From the NCBI GenBank assembly GCA_900696575.1, contig CAADHD010000018.1, positions 83,725 to 147,724 of the forward strand: DNA of 64,000 nucleotides, in the 5' to 3' direction. Shown in pieces: positions 19,086-28,349 of this stretch. The notes below the pieces were generated by a model. That model was not told the DNA's origin and did not search any database. It worked only from the letters and a program-made list of their open reading frames with translations. Position 1 is the first letter of the stretch; each line of letters begins with the position of its first letter. The position numbers and the translations under genes were made by a program. The DNA is from an uncultured Bacteroidota bacterium (lineage in GTDB: Bacteria > Bacteroidota > Bacteroidia > AKYH767-A > OLB10).

Positions 19086-21407
19086 TTATTTAAAAGTAAG
19101 CGGAACCCTCAGCATCACGGTAATATTTCTTCCCGGATTTAAAATGCCCACCTCTTTAAGGCGGCTTAAGTGGTTATAGTATTTCTTGCCGGTAAGATTT
19201 CGGCAATGAACAGAGAAATAAACTTCTTTTTTAAAACGGAAACTTATTCCTGCATGAAACAGGGTGTAGCCGTCAGTGGCAGTTTCAAAAACATCAATCC
19301 TGCTTTGCTTAAAATGGGTTTCTGCTTCGGCCGAAATGCCAAACGACTTTAACAGCCTCTGATTTTTTATTACAAAATCATAAGCAAGCGCATTGTTAAT
19401 TCTGAAAGCAGGAATAAAGGGCAGCGGCTTGTTCAGGTCTTTATTCACTGCATGCACATAGGAGATATCATTATCAAAATGCAGATGCTCAAGCAGGTGA
19501 ATATCGGTATGCAGTTCAAATCCCTGCAACATACTGTTGCCTTGCGTAAACCGGTAAACCGGAAGTGAATCGCCATTAACATCAATGGTTTCATTATCAA
19601 GATTGCGGTAATAGATAAAATTGTCAATGAGGTTATGAAACAAATTCAGTTCGGCATCCCAAATTTTTCCTTCGGCTTTGAGCGTAAAGTCAAACTGAAG
19701 ACTGTTTTCCGGTTTTAAATTTTTATTTCCTATCTCATAGCGAAAAGTACCATGATGAACTCCATTGGCCGATAACTCCGTTACATCTGGCACACGGAAT
19801 CCTCTTCCGATATTCAGCTTTATATTCCAGTGTTCGGCAATGCTGTAAGCGGCTCCGGCACTCCCGCTGATGGCATTGTATGAGGTGCTGAATTTTTCAA
19901 ACAAGGTTTCGCCTTCGTGTATTAACTCATTTCCGTTAATCTGATGCCGGTCAAAACGTAATCCTGCATTTACGGCCAGCCGGCTCATGTTTTTTTTCAC
20001 TGCCGCAAAAACTCCGAAAGCAGAAGACTTGTAATCAGGAATTAAAAACTCTTCTCCGAAGTTTTCATTCCTTTTAAATGAGCCGCTTATGCCGGCCGCC
20101 TTTTCCCATCCGTTGTTTTCAGCCAGAAAGAATTTAGCATCGCCCGAAAAGGAATTCAGCATTAAGTCAAGTGTTGGTTCTTCATGCATTCCCTCCTCAT
20201 GATCGTGAGAGTGGTCATGATGGTGATGCGATTCAAATTCCATCCGGTTATTCTGTTGCCATCCGGCATTAATTTTAAGCTGGTTTTTTCCGATGATAAA
20301 GTTGCTGACAGCAGTAATTTTGCGATGCTCAACATCCTGCCGCGGAAGAAAAATTTTTCTTGATTGCAGATCTTCATCGCTTATGATGGTTCCTTCCTGA
20401 TCAACAAATTTTCCGGTTGCCGAGTCGCGTTCTCCTTCGGTAAATCCAATGTTTGATTTCCAGATACCGGCATGCAGATGGGTGTACCCCCAGCGTTTGT
20501 TGAGGCCAAGCATAGCGCTGCCGCTCCATTCATTAAATGCCGAATTGTAAACCCGTTCAGCGGGAGTTTGAAAAGTAGCAGCGTTTTTATAAGTGCCCTG
20601 CGCCCGCCACACCAAACCGTTTTGATTTCCTTCGGCTAAAAGCGAGTTGGCAACAAGCCCGTTATTGGTTGAGTAGGCCGAATTAAATTCACTGCGGATA
20701 CTTCCCTGCTGCGGAGGAATGGGCTCAAGGATGTTTATCACTCCACCCAAAGCATCGGAACCATACAATAAGCTTCCCGGCCCCTTAAGCACCTCAATAC
20801 GGTCTGCTGCAAATTGATCTATTTCAATGCCGTGTTCATCGCCCCATTGCTGACCTTCCTGACGGATTCCCTCATTAATGACCACAATGCGGTTGTAACT
20901 AAGCCCGCGGATTACCGGTTTAGAAACATTATTCCCTGTGGTGATTTCTGATATGCCCGGTGTTTGTGCTATGGCGCTGATTAGATTGTCAGCCGGAGTG
21001 CTTCTGAGTTTTTCTTTATCAATGGCCGTAACGGCAATGCTGCTTTTTTTATCATCGGTAGTAAAAGCGCTGCCGGTAATAACTACCTCACGGCTTTCGA
21101 TGGCTGATGGGGAAAGCGCTACATGATGCTCGCTGGTTTTTGAAAGATCAAGTTGTAGGGAAACCGATGCATACCCTATGTATTTAAACACAATCAAAAT
21201 CTTAACAGCCGGCATGTTTTCAATTTTGTAGTAGCCGTTATTATCGGTGGTTGTGCCGCGTTTTAAATCAGGCAGATAAACCGTAGCCCCCGGTAACGGC
21301 TGGTGTGAAACGGCATCTGTAACCGTTCCTGTTAATTGGATTGTTTTGACCTGTGCGGTCAGTAAAAAAGGAAAGAGGATAAATAATAGAATGATATTTT
21401 TTTTCAT
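19086..21407 (-). CDS. TonB-dependent outer-membrane receptor with a His-rich extracellular loop (ZnuD-like; putative zinc/metal uptake)
   Basis: Signal peptide, CarboxypepD_reg-like N-domain ('TGTVTDAVSHQPLPGATVY'), plug domain, and a C-terminal barrel ending in an aromatic residue. It also has an unusual 'ESHHHHDHSHDHEEGMHEEP' segment. Confidence 0.85.
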   Translation of the reverse strand: MKKNIILLFILFPFLLTAQVKTIQLTGTVTDAVSHQPLPGATVYLPDLKRGTTTDNNGYYKIENMPAVKILIVFKYIGYASVSLQLDLSKTSEHHVALSPSAIESREVVITGSAFTTDDKKSSIAVTAIDKEKLRSTPADNLISAIAQTPGISEITTGNNVSKPVIRGLSYNRIVVINEGIRQEGQQWGDEHGIEIDQFAADRIEVLKGPGSLLYGSDALGGVINILEPIPPQQGSIRSEFNSAYSTNNGLVANSLLAEGNQNGLVWRAQGTYKNAATFQTPAERVYNSAFNEWSGSAMLGLNKRWGYTHLHAGIWKSNIGFTEGERDSATGKFVDQEGTIISDEDLQSRKIFLPRQDVEHRKITAVSNFIIGKNQLKINAGWQQNNRMEFESHHHHDHSHDHEEGMHEEPTLDLMLNSFSGDAKFFLAENNGWEKAAGISGSFKRNENFGEEFLIPDYKSSAFGVFAAVKKNMSRLAVNAGLRFDRHQINGNELIHEGETLFEKFSTSYNAISGSAGAAYSIAEHWNIKLNIGRGFRVPDVTELSANGVHHGTFRYEIGNKNLKPENSLQFDFTLKAEGKIWDAELNLFHNLIDNFIYYRNLDNETIDVNGDSLPVYRFTQGNSMLQGFELHTDIHLLEHLHFDNDISYVHAVNKDLNKPLPFIPAFRINNALAYDFVIKNQRLLKSFGISAEAETHFKQSRIDVFETATDGYTLFHAGISFRFKKEVYFSVHCRNLTGKKYYNHLSRLKEVGILNPGRNITVMLRVPLTFK

Positions 21408-21503
21408 TGGAGTTTTGATTTAAAAAAAGTTGAAATAAAAAATTGCGCTGTATGTAATACAGGCAGGCAGCATGACTTTGTCATGCATCAATAAAAAGTA
21501 AAT

Positions 21504-21830
21504 TCAGAATAAAGAAGGGGGGCCGCGGCTATTTTCTGACAGAATACAACCGGGAAGAGCAATCCTGACTTCGGGAACAGTTCTTTTAAACGGGAAAAGA
21601 AAAGCATCAAATGCAAAATCTTTTTTCTCGGGCTGGTATGGCGAAAAGAAAAGCTGAAGAATGTCGCAATGCTGATGCTGGGGGCTTACTGTTGTTTCTT
21701 CTGTTCCGCATAAGTGGTTGTCTGTCGAATCGGCATGGCAGGTAAGCTCATGCAGCAACTGTGGAGGAAAAACAAACAATGAAGCTGCGCCAAGCAGCAC
21801 CATCATGAAGATTTTCCTCTTTTTAAACAT
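21504..21830 (-). CDS. small secreted His/Cys-rich hypothetical protein
   Basis: The ORF track gives 21504..22040; the start was chosen at 'MFKKRKIFMMVLLGAASLFVF' (signal peptide). The mature part contains 'HELTCHADSTDNHLCGTEE...QHQHCD', which looks like metal ligands. It lies immediately upstream of the His-rich TonB receptor on the same strand. Confidence 0.4.
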   Translation of the reverse strand: MFKKRKIFMMVLLGAASLFVFPPQLLHELTCHADSTDNHLCGTEETTVSPQHQHCDILQLFFSPYQPEKKDFAFDAFLFPFKRTVPEVRIALPGCILSENSRGPPSLF

Positions 21831-21893
21831 GAGGCAAAAATAAACGAATTTTATTTCCTGTTTTTTATGCCTTCCGTTAAGGATTTTTGCCAC

Positions 21894-22637
21894 ATGAAAA
21901 TATGCTTGCTTGTTTTCGGATTTTGCCTTCCGGTTGCCGTTCAGCTTTATGCTCAGAAAACAGAAAATAACTTTGCCATTATTGAACTTTTCGTTTCCGA
22001 GGGCTGCGGAGCTTCGCCTGTAGCCGAAAAGCAAATGCATGCATTGCTTGACGAATACGGAAAGCTAAACAAACCGGTTACCCTGCTTACCTTTCATGTG
22101 GATTACTGGAATAAATACGGCTGGCAAGACCCCTTTTCTTCACTGGCTTTTACCCGAAGGCAAAATAATTATGCAAGCGCCCTTAAACAAAAAGAAGTTT
22201 TTACCCCGCAGGTTTTCATTAATGGTCAGTTGGCTTTTGCAGGCAGTGAGATAAAAAAAATCAAATCAGAAACAGAAAGGATGCTTAAACGGACAACTAA
22301 AGACACCCTGCTGATTAATGCCGACTCCACTGTTCGCGACACACTGTGGATTTCCTGCTCGGCTTCGCAGGCCGGCCCCAACCTCACGCTTGCTGTTTTT
22401 CTTGTTCTGCCCGAAGCATCCTCAAACGTATTGAAGGGCGATAACGAAGGCAAAACATTGGCACATAAAAACATTGTCAGAAAAATGGACTTCTTTCCCG
22501 TTCCGGAAAAAAAATGGACAGCAGGCATTCCGCTTCGCCAGTTTAAAAATAAAAAAGGAATGTACCTTGTGGCCTACCTTCAGCAGAAGCAAACAAAAAA
22601 AATACTTGCTGTGAGTAAACCCGTTTCTGATTTCTGA
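21894..22637 (+). CDS. DUF1223-like thioredoxin-fold periplasmic protein with a degenerate CxxC
   Basis: 'IELFVSEGCGASP' resembles the DUF1223 'ELFTSxGCSSCP' motif but has lost the second Cys. A signal peptide is present. The start was chosen at MKICLL. Confidence 0.5.
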   Translation: MKICLLVFGFCLPVAVQLYAQKTENNFAIIELFVSEGCGASPVAEKQMHALLDEYGKLNKPVTLLTFHVDYWNKYGWQDPFSSLAFTRRQNNYASALKQKEVFTPQVFINGQLAFAGSEIKKIKSETERMLKRTTKDTLLINADSTVRDTLWISCSASQAGPNLTLAVFLVLPEASSNVLKGDNEGKTLAHKNIVRKMDFFPVPEKKWTAGIPLRQFKNKKGMYLVAYLQQKQTKKILAVSKPVSDF

Positions 22638-22720
22638 TTTTTTATTTTCAAAATGTTGGTTATTTTTACAATCTCCGTTTTGATTGTAATACTATCATAA
22701 AAAAACAACACATCATCTCC

Positions 22721-23521
22721 ATGCTTTTTTCCTCCAACATCCGCCTATTGCGTAACAGAAAAAAACGCACACAGGAAACCGTTGCCACCGAACTTGGCAT
22801 TTCCCGCAGCACGCTTAACAGCTATGAAAGCGGTATCATCGTTAATCCTACCGTAGAAGCCTTGCTGAAGTTTGCCGATTACTACAAAGTATCGGTTGAC
22901 ACCTTGTTGCGCATAGACCTCAGCACACTTTCCGAAAGCAAGCTCCGCGAAATTGAACTTGGCTACGATGCTTACGTGCGCGGCAGCAAGTTACGTGTAC
23001 TCGCTACCACAGTTGACAGCAAAAACCGCGAAAACATTGAAGCCGTTCCCCTCAAAGCCAAAGCCGGTTACCGTACCGGTTATTCAGACCCCGACTACAT
23101 TGGCAAACTGCCCGTCTTTCAGCTTCCTATTCTCTTTAAGGAGCGCAAGTACCGCATGTTTCAGATTCAGGGCGACAGCATGGAGCCCATTCCCGATAAA
23201 AGCTGGGTCATTGGCGAGTTTCTCGAAAACTGGTATAACATCAAAGATGGCGAAGCCTACATCATCCTCACCAAAGATGACGGCATTGTTTTTAAAATAG
23301 CCTGCAACCAATTAAAGAAAAAGAGATCACTGCTGCTTAAATCGCTCAACCCGGCTTACGAGCCTTATGAAGTGAATGCCAATGACATACTTGAAGTGTG
23401 GTCGTTCTGCAATTACATCAGCAACGAAATTCCTGATGCAGGCATGAAAGAAAATTTCCTGCCGGCCATCCATAACCTTGAAAAAACACTGAAAGATCTT
23501 AAGCAGCAAATGCAGTCTTGA
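22721..23521 (+). CDS. XRE-family HTH transcriptional repressor with a C-terminal S24 LexA/cI-like autopeptidase domain
   Basis: N-terminal HTH_XRE ('TQETVATELGISRSTLNSYESG'). C-terminal 'FQIQGDSMEP' Ser-nucleophile motif and a downstream Lys ('VFKIAC') as in LexA/CI. Confidence 0.8.
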   Translation: MLFSSNIRLLRNRKKRTQETVATELGISRSTLNSYESGIIVNPTVEALLKFADYYKVSVDTLLRIDLSTLSESKLREIELGYDAYVRGSKLRVLATTVDSKNRENIEAVPLKAKAGYRTGYSDPDYIGKLPVFQLPILFKERKYRMFQIQGDSMEPIPDKSWVIGEFLENWYNIKDGEAYIILTKDDGIVFKIACNQLKKKRSLLLKSLNPAYEPYEVNANDILEVWSFCNYISNEIPDAGMKENFLPAIHNLEKTLKDLKQQMQS

Positions 23522-23545
23522 CGGAAGGTTGTTATTTTCGCCCCC

Positions 23546-24632
23546 ATGACACAGGAACAACTCAAAGACATTAGAGAGCGGGTTGATGCTCTGAGGGGGC
23601 ATCTTTGACGTGGATGCACGTCTTCTGAAAATTAAACAGGAAGAGCAACTCACCCATGCTCCCGATTTTTGGAGCGACTCCAAAAGGGCAGAGGCCATTC
23701 TTAAAAACATTCGCCAATTAAAAAGCTGGACAGAGCCGTTTGGGGTTATCGAATCTGAACTGAACGACCTTACCGTGCTGTTCGATTTCTTCAAAGCCGG
23801 TGAAACCACCGAACAGGAAGTTGACGAACACTATCAATCACTACTCAAAAAGATTGATGACCTGGAATTTAAAAATATGCTCAGCGCTGAAGAAGATGTT
23901 TGCAGCGCCATCCTTACCATCAACAGCGGTGCGGGAGGAACCGAAAGCTGCGACTGGGCCGAAATGCTCATGCGCATGTACATCCGCTGGGCCGAACGAA
24001 ACAACTATAAAGTAACCGAAGTGGATCGCCAGGATGGCGATGTGGCCGGCATCAAATCCGTTACCCTTGAGATTGATGGCGACTTTGCCTATGGCTACCT
24101 CAAAGCAGAAAACGGGGTGCACCGCTTAGTGCGCATTTCCCCTTTCGACTCCAACGCCAAACGACATACTTCTTTCGCTTCTGTTTTTGCTTATCCTATT
24201 GTGGATGATAACATTGACATTGAAGTAAAAGATTCGGATATCGAAATAACCACTTCGCGAAGCGGAGGCGCTGGCGGACAGAATGTAAACAAAGTCGAAA
24301 CCAAGGTGCAGCTAAAGCATCTGCCTACGGGAATCGTGGTTGTTTGTCAGGTAGATCGCTCGCAGCATGCCAACCGCGACCGCGCCATGAAAATGCTCAA
24401 GTCGCAGCTTTACGAGTTAGAACTTCGCAAACGCAACGAAGCCAAGGCCGCTGCCGAAGCCGGCAAACGCAAAATTGAATGGGGCAGCCAGATACGCAGT
24501 TATGTTTTTCATCCTTACAAAATGGTAAAAGACCTGCGCACCGGATATGAAACCAGCAACGTTCAGGGAGTGATGGATGGCGACCTTAATGAATTCATGA
24601 AATCATACCTCATGGAAAATGCCGGGACATAA
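23546..24632 (+). CDS. prfB: peptide chain release factor 2, containing a programmed +1 ribosomal frameshift
   Basis: ORF1 '[20 protein letters not shown]' ends at an in-frame TGA in the canonical context 'AGG GGG CAT CTT TGA C' (SD-like AGGGGG, then CUU UGA C). The +1 frame continues from 23607 through 'SPF', 'GGQ' ([12 protein letters not shown]) and the RF-2 body to 24632. Confidence 0.95.
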
Positions 24633-24644
24633 AATCTTCAACCA

Positions 24645-25178
24645 ATGAGTTGTCTCCTTTTAAAACGCACGCTTGGCCTGTGCATCTTTTGTCTTTCTTT
24701 TTCAATAGCAGTAATAGCTCAGCAAAACATCTCAGAAAACACCTATAGGTGGTCTGCCAAACAGACTCAACAAAATGTACCGATTAATCGCTTCAAATTG
24801 CTTGAGGGCCATTGGACAGGCGAAGGGCTTGGCGGCCAATGCGATGAATACTGGTCGCCCATGAAAGACAGCCTGATGATTGGCCTGTTCCGGTTTATTG
24901 AGAATGAAAAAACGGTCTTTACCGAGTTCATGTACCTGATGCACGACTCCACCGGCTGGCTATTGCGCGTAAAACATTTCAACCCCGACTTTACAGGCTG
25001 GGAAGAAAAAAACAAATCGGTAAACTTCCGTCTTGTTCGTACAGATGAAAACCGGTTACTGTTTAATGGCCTCACCTTCGAAGCGCCTGACGAAAACACA
25101 CTTCGTATTTATCTTGCAATGAAAAACAATGAAGGGAATTACAGAGAAGAGCGGTTTGTGCTTAAGAAGGTAAAATAA
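24645..25178 (+). CDS. secreted hypothetical protein
   Basis: 177 aa with a signal peptide and no catalytic motif I recognise. Confidence 0.5.
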   Translation: MSCLLLKRTLGLCIFCLSFSIAVIAQQNISENTYRWSAKQTQQNVPINRFKLLEGHWTGEGLGGQCDEYWSPMKDSLMIGLFRFIENEKTVFTEFMYLMHDSTGWLLRVKHFNPDFTGWEEKNKSVNFRLVRTDENRLLFNGLTFEAPDENTLRIYLAMKNNEGNYREERFVLKKVK

Positions 25179-25764
25179 AGGAAACCTAAACAGGCCTGCT
25201 GCATCATTCATTGGAGCCATTGCTTGTCAAAAAACAGAAATGCCCAATGCCGGAACAACAATTAAAATAATCACCAGAAATCACATTAGGATTGCCCATA
25301 CAGGAACGGTAAATGGCAATTCCGCAATGCTGAATACCGGCAAAGGCGATGAATTTTTTTTGGTTGGCGAAAAATTACTGCATTCCCAATCCTTCGCTAT
25401 GCCTAAATATGCGGGCATAAAAAGCGAAATTGTAAGAATTATTACCCGAATATTAAACTAACTGTAAACCAATATCAGGATTAACAACAAAGACTGTAAA
25501 CTTTTTTCAGGACGATACATTTCAGGTTGATACATAATTCTGTAGTCAGGGCATTTGCCTTTTGCTTTTTCAGTATGTGCAACTTGGTTCTGAAAATGCG
25601 CAGAATGCATGATGCTTTTCTAAAACTTGATGAACACCACCTGCAAAAGAGTTAAACCGTACTCTTATGAAGATTGCCTGTAAAAAAAATCATGAGCATG
25701 CCTGTTTTGTTGTTACATGAGCAAAATCAAAGTTTAGAAATTTTGGAGTATCTTATTTCGCTGT

Positions 25765-26211
25765 ATGTTTCAGAAAGCATACTGTGAAGCCACAAAAAAA
25801 TATACGATTAGAACCAGAATTCGGATTGTCGAGGCCGAAAGGCCATGTTTAGGGTTTGGCCTAGTTCTTTTACTGGAAAACATGAAAAAGAAAGGCTCCA
25901 TAACATATGCAGCAAAGCAAATGAAGATGAGTTATCGAAAAGCCCGGCAACGGGTTGAGGATACGAATAAATATTCCGATAAGCCTTTGGTTGAAAAAGT
26001 ACTTGGAGGAATAGCCGGAGAAGAAGCAAAAGCGGCCAAGACCGTAGAAAATGCAACAGTTCGGTTTTTGAGCTTGAGAAAAAATACAGTCATTCATTCC
26101 GAAATTAAAAATAGAAACCTCCAATTTATTTGTTATGCACTGTTCATTAATAAACATACCAAAGATGAAAGCAAAACTATTAACCCTTTTTCTCTCCGGT
26201 TTTTTTCTTAG
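25765..26211 (+). CDS. ModE-like winged-helix (molybdate-responsive regulator N-domain-type) protein
   Basis: 'IRIVEAERPCLGFGLVLLLENMKKKGSITYAAKQMKMSYRKA' matches the ModE N-terminal HTH signature (GSIxxAAKxMxMSYRxAW). The 3' 77 nt overlap the next gene, so the true stop or extent is uncertain. Confidence 0.55.
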   Translation: MFQKAYCEATKKYTIRTRIRIVEAERPCLGFGLVLLLENMKKKGSITYAAKQMKMSYRKARQRVEDTNKYSDKPLVEKVLGGIAGEEAKAAKTVENATVRFLSLRKNTVIHSEIKNRNLQFICYALFINKHTKDESKTINPFSLRFFS

Positions 26212-27454
26212 CCATGTGCTAAGTGCTCAAACCGACTCTTCAAAAACAATTCTTCTTGATTTGGAATTCAGGCCCAGGATTGAGTATCGCAATGGCTACC
26301 GGCAGCTTCCGAATGACACCACAGAAGCTGCTTATTTTGGTACGCAACGAAGCAGGCTAAAGATTACTTATACTCAACAAAGATTTAAATTTCATACTTC
26401 CATTCAGGATCTTAGGGTTTGGGGGCAATACGGGCAAGTGTCAACCGGGGGCTCCCTAAATGTTTTTGAAGCATACATCGAATCGTATTTTACGGAAAAC
26501 TTATTTATGCGAATAGGACGACAAAAAGTAGAATTGGATAACGGGAAAATATTTTCAGCGGCTGATTGGAGCCAGGCCGGCAGATCACAAGATGGTTTGA
26601 ATTTGATATATGAAAAGAGAAAAGTTAAATCTGAATTAATGGCATTTTTCAATCAAGCTTCCGAAGCTGTTTTTGAAACTTCATACTCTCCAACAACTTT
26701 TACCAATTATAAACTCCTCAATGTGCATTTCATGAAAGTGAATGTAGATAAACATTTAAGCCTTACAACCATTAATGCCGCTGATGGCTATCAGAGCAAA
26801 ATCAGTTCAGGCACTTTATATGTTAGAGGCACTTCAGGAGGACGACTGGAATTTGAAAAAGATAATTTATATCTGACAATGAGCGGGTACTATCAATATG
26901 GACAATTGCAAAGCGGAAAAGAAATAGCTGCTTATTATCTTCAGCCGGAGGTTAAGTATAAAATTGAAAAATTTACAACCAGACTTGGAGCCGAATACAT
27001 GAGCGGGGATGATGCTACAGCAACATCAAACATTAGCAAATCATTCATTCCTCTTTACGGGGTGACCTGGAAATTTTTTGGGAACATGGATTATTTTATT
27101 TCATTTCCGAATGATCTTAAAAACGGAGGATTGATTAATCCTTATTTGTTTCTCTTTTATGACATAAACCATAAAACAACCGTTAGAGCGGATATGCATT
27201 TGTTTTATCTGCAAAACAAAGTTTTGGATAAAGATAAAGAAGAGATAAATCCGTATCTGGGATTTGAAAACGATTTATCAATCAGGTTTAAAATCAATAG
27301 CTTTTCGACACTCGACTATGGCTTTTCATGGATGAAGGCAGAACAAAGTATGGAAAAGCTGAAAGGAGGAGATTCCGGACGGACTCCATTCTGGACTTAT
27401 CTGATGATTACATTTAAACCCGAATTATTTAAACAGACCCTCAAGACAAAATAG
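26165..27454 (+). CDS. outer-membrane porin (alginate-export-like beta-barrel), probably oxyanion uptake
   Basis: Signal peptide 'MKAKLLTLFLSGFFLSHVLSAQ' and a beta-barrel pattern with a C-terminal aromatic-rich strand. It sits directly upstream of the substrate-binding protein gene with a 1-nt gap. Confidence 0.6.
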   Translation: MKAKLLTLFLSGFFLSHVLSAQTDSSKTILLDLEFRPRIEYRNGYRQLPNDTTEAAYFGTQRSRLKITYTQQRFKFHTSIQDLRVWGQYGQVSTGGSLNVFEAYIESYFTENLFMRIGRQKVELDNGKIFSAADWSQAGRSQDGLNLIYEKRKVKSELMAFFNQASEAVFETSYSPTTFTNYKLLNVHFMKVNVDKHLSLTTINAADGYQSKISSGTLYVRGTSGGRLEFEKDNLYLTMSGYYQYGQLQSGKEIAAYYLQPEVKYKIEKFTTRLGAEYMSGDDATATSNISKSFIPLYGVTWKFFGNMDYFISFPNDLKNGGLINPYLFLFYDINHKTTVRADMHLFYLQNKVLDKDKEEINPYLGFENDLSIRFKINSFSTLDYGFSWMKAEQSMEKLKGGDSGRTPFWTYLMITFKPELFKQTLKTK

Positions 27455-27455
27455 C

Positions 27456-28346
27456 ATGAAAAAGTTAACATTGGTTCTTTTGGCCATTGCGGCTGTTACG
27501 GTTTCCCGGAATGTAAATTACCATACCGTAATCAGTAAAATCAGGATAGAAAAACCTCCTGAAGATAACTCTTTGCTTTTGTACGTAGGCGCGGCATCCA
27601 AACCGCCAACAGAAGAAGTAATTCAGCAATTCAAAAAAGAAACAGGGATAAAAGTTGACGCTGTTTTTGGCGGCTCCGGCTTTGTGTTGTCTCAAATGAA
27701 ACTCGCTGGCAAAGGCGATATTTATTTTCCCGGCTCATCCGATTATATAGAAATAGCAAAACGGGAGAAGCTGGTTTATCCTGAAACAGAGCAACAGGTT
27801 GTTTATTTGGTGAATGCAATCAATGTTCAAAAAGGCAATCCCAGAAATATTAAAACCTTAAAAGATTTATGCAGGCCGGGGATTAAAGTTGCCATTGCCA
27901 ATCCTGAAGGGGTTTGTGTAGGGGCTTATGCAGTAGAGATATTAGAAAAAAATCTTACCAAAGAAGAGATAGTTCAGTTTAAAAAGAATTTGAGCAATTA
28001 TACGGAGAGTTGCGACAAAACCGCATCAGCCATTGCGTTAAAAACGGTTGATGCTGTAATTGGATGGAGTGTTTTCCAGTTTTGGAATCCGGAGGCTATT
28101 CAAACTGTGCAGCTAAGCCAAAACGAGATTGTTAGAATAGGATATATCCCGATAGCTGTTTCAACCTATACCCAAAACCGTAAATTGGCGCAGCAATTCG
28201 TAAATTACATAATGAGTGATAAAGGGAAAGCCGTTTTTAAAAAGTATAATTACTTTGCTACGGTGAAAGAGGCCGAAAAATATATTGGAACCACCAAAAA
28301 GGTAGGTGGCGAATATATAGTACCCGGCAGTTGGATGAGTAAGTAA
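27456..28346 (+). CDS. molybdate/tungstate-type ABC transporter substrate-binding protein (ModA/TupA/WtpA family)
   Basis: Periplasmic SBP fold with 'VFGGSGFVLSQM' and 'AIANPEGVCVGAYA' resembling oxyanion-binding SBPs. It is followed by the permease and ATPase genes. Confidence 0.7.
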   Translation: MKKLTLVLLAIAAVTVSRNVNYHTVISKIRIEKPPEDNSLLLYVGAASKPPTEEVIQQFKKETGIKVDAVFGGSGFVLSQMKLAGKGDIYFPGSSDYIEIAKREKLVYPETEQQVVYLVNAINVQKGNPRNIKTLKDLCRPGIKVAIANPEGVCVGAYAVEILEKNLTKEEIVQFKKNLSNYTESCDKTASAIALKTVDAVIGWSVFQFWNPEAIQTVQLSQNEIVRIGYIPIAVSTYTQNRKLAQQFVNYIMSDKGKAVFKKYNYFATVKEAEKYIGTTKKVGGEYIVPGSWMSK

Positions 28347-28349
28347 ATA

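Noticed and set aside
25240-25461. 73-aa ORF in the gap before the ModE-like gene
   Set aside because: It has no start context, an odd composition, and is not supported by anything adjacent. It is treated as non-coding (see the finding on the gap).
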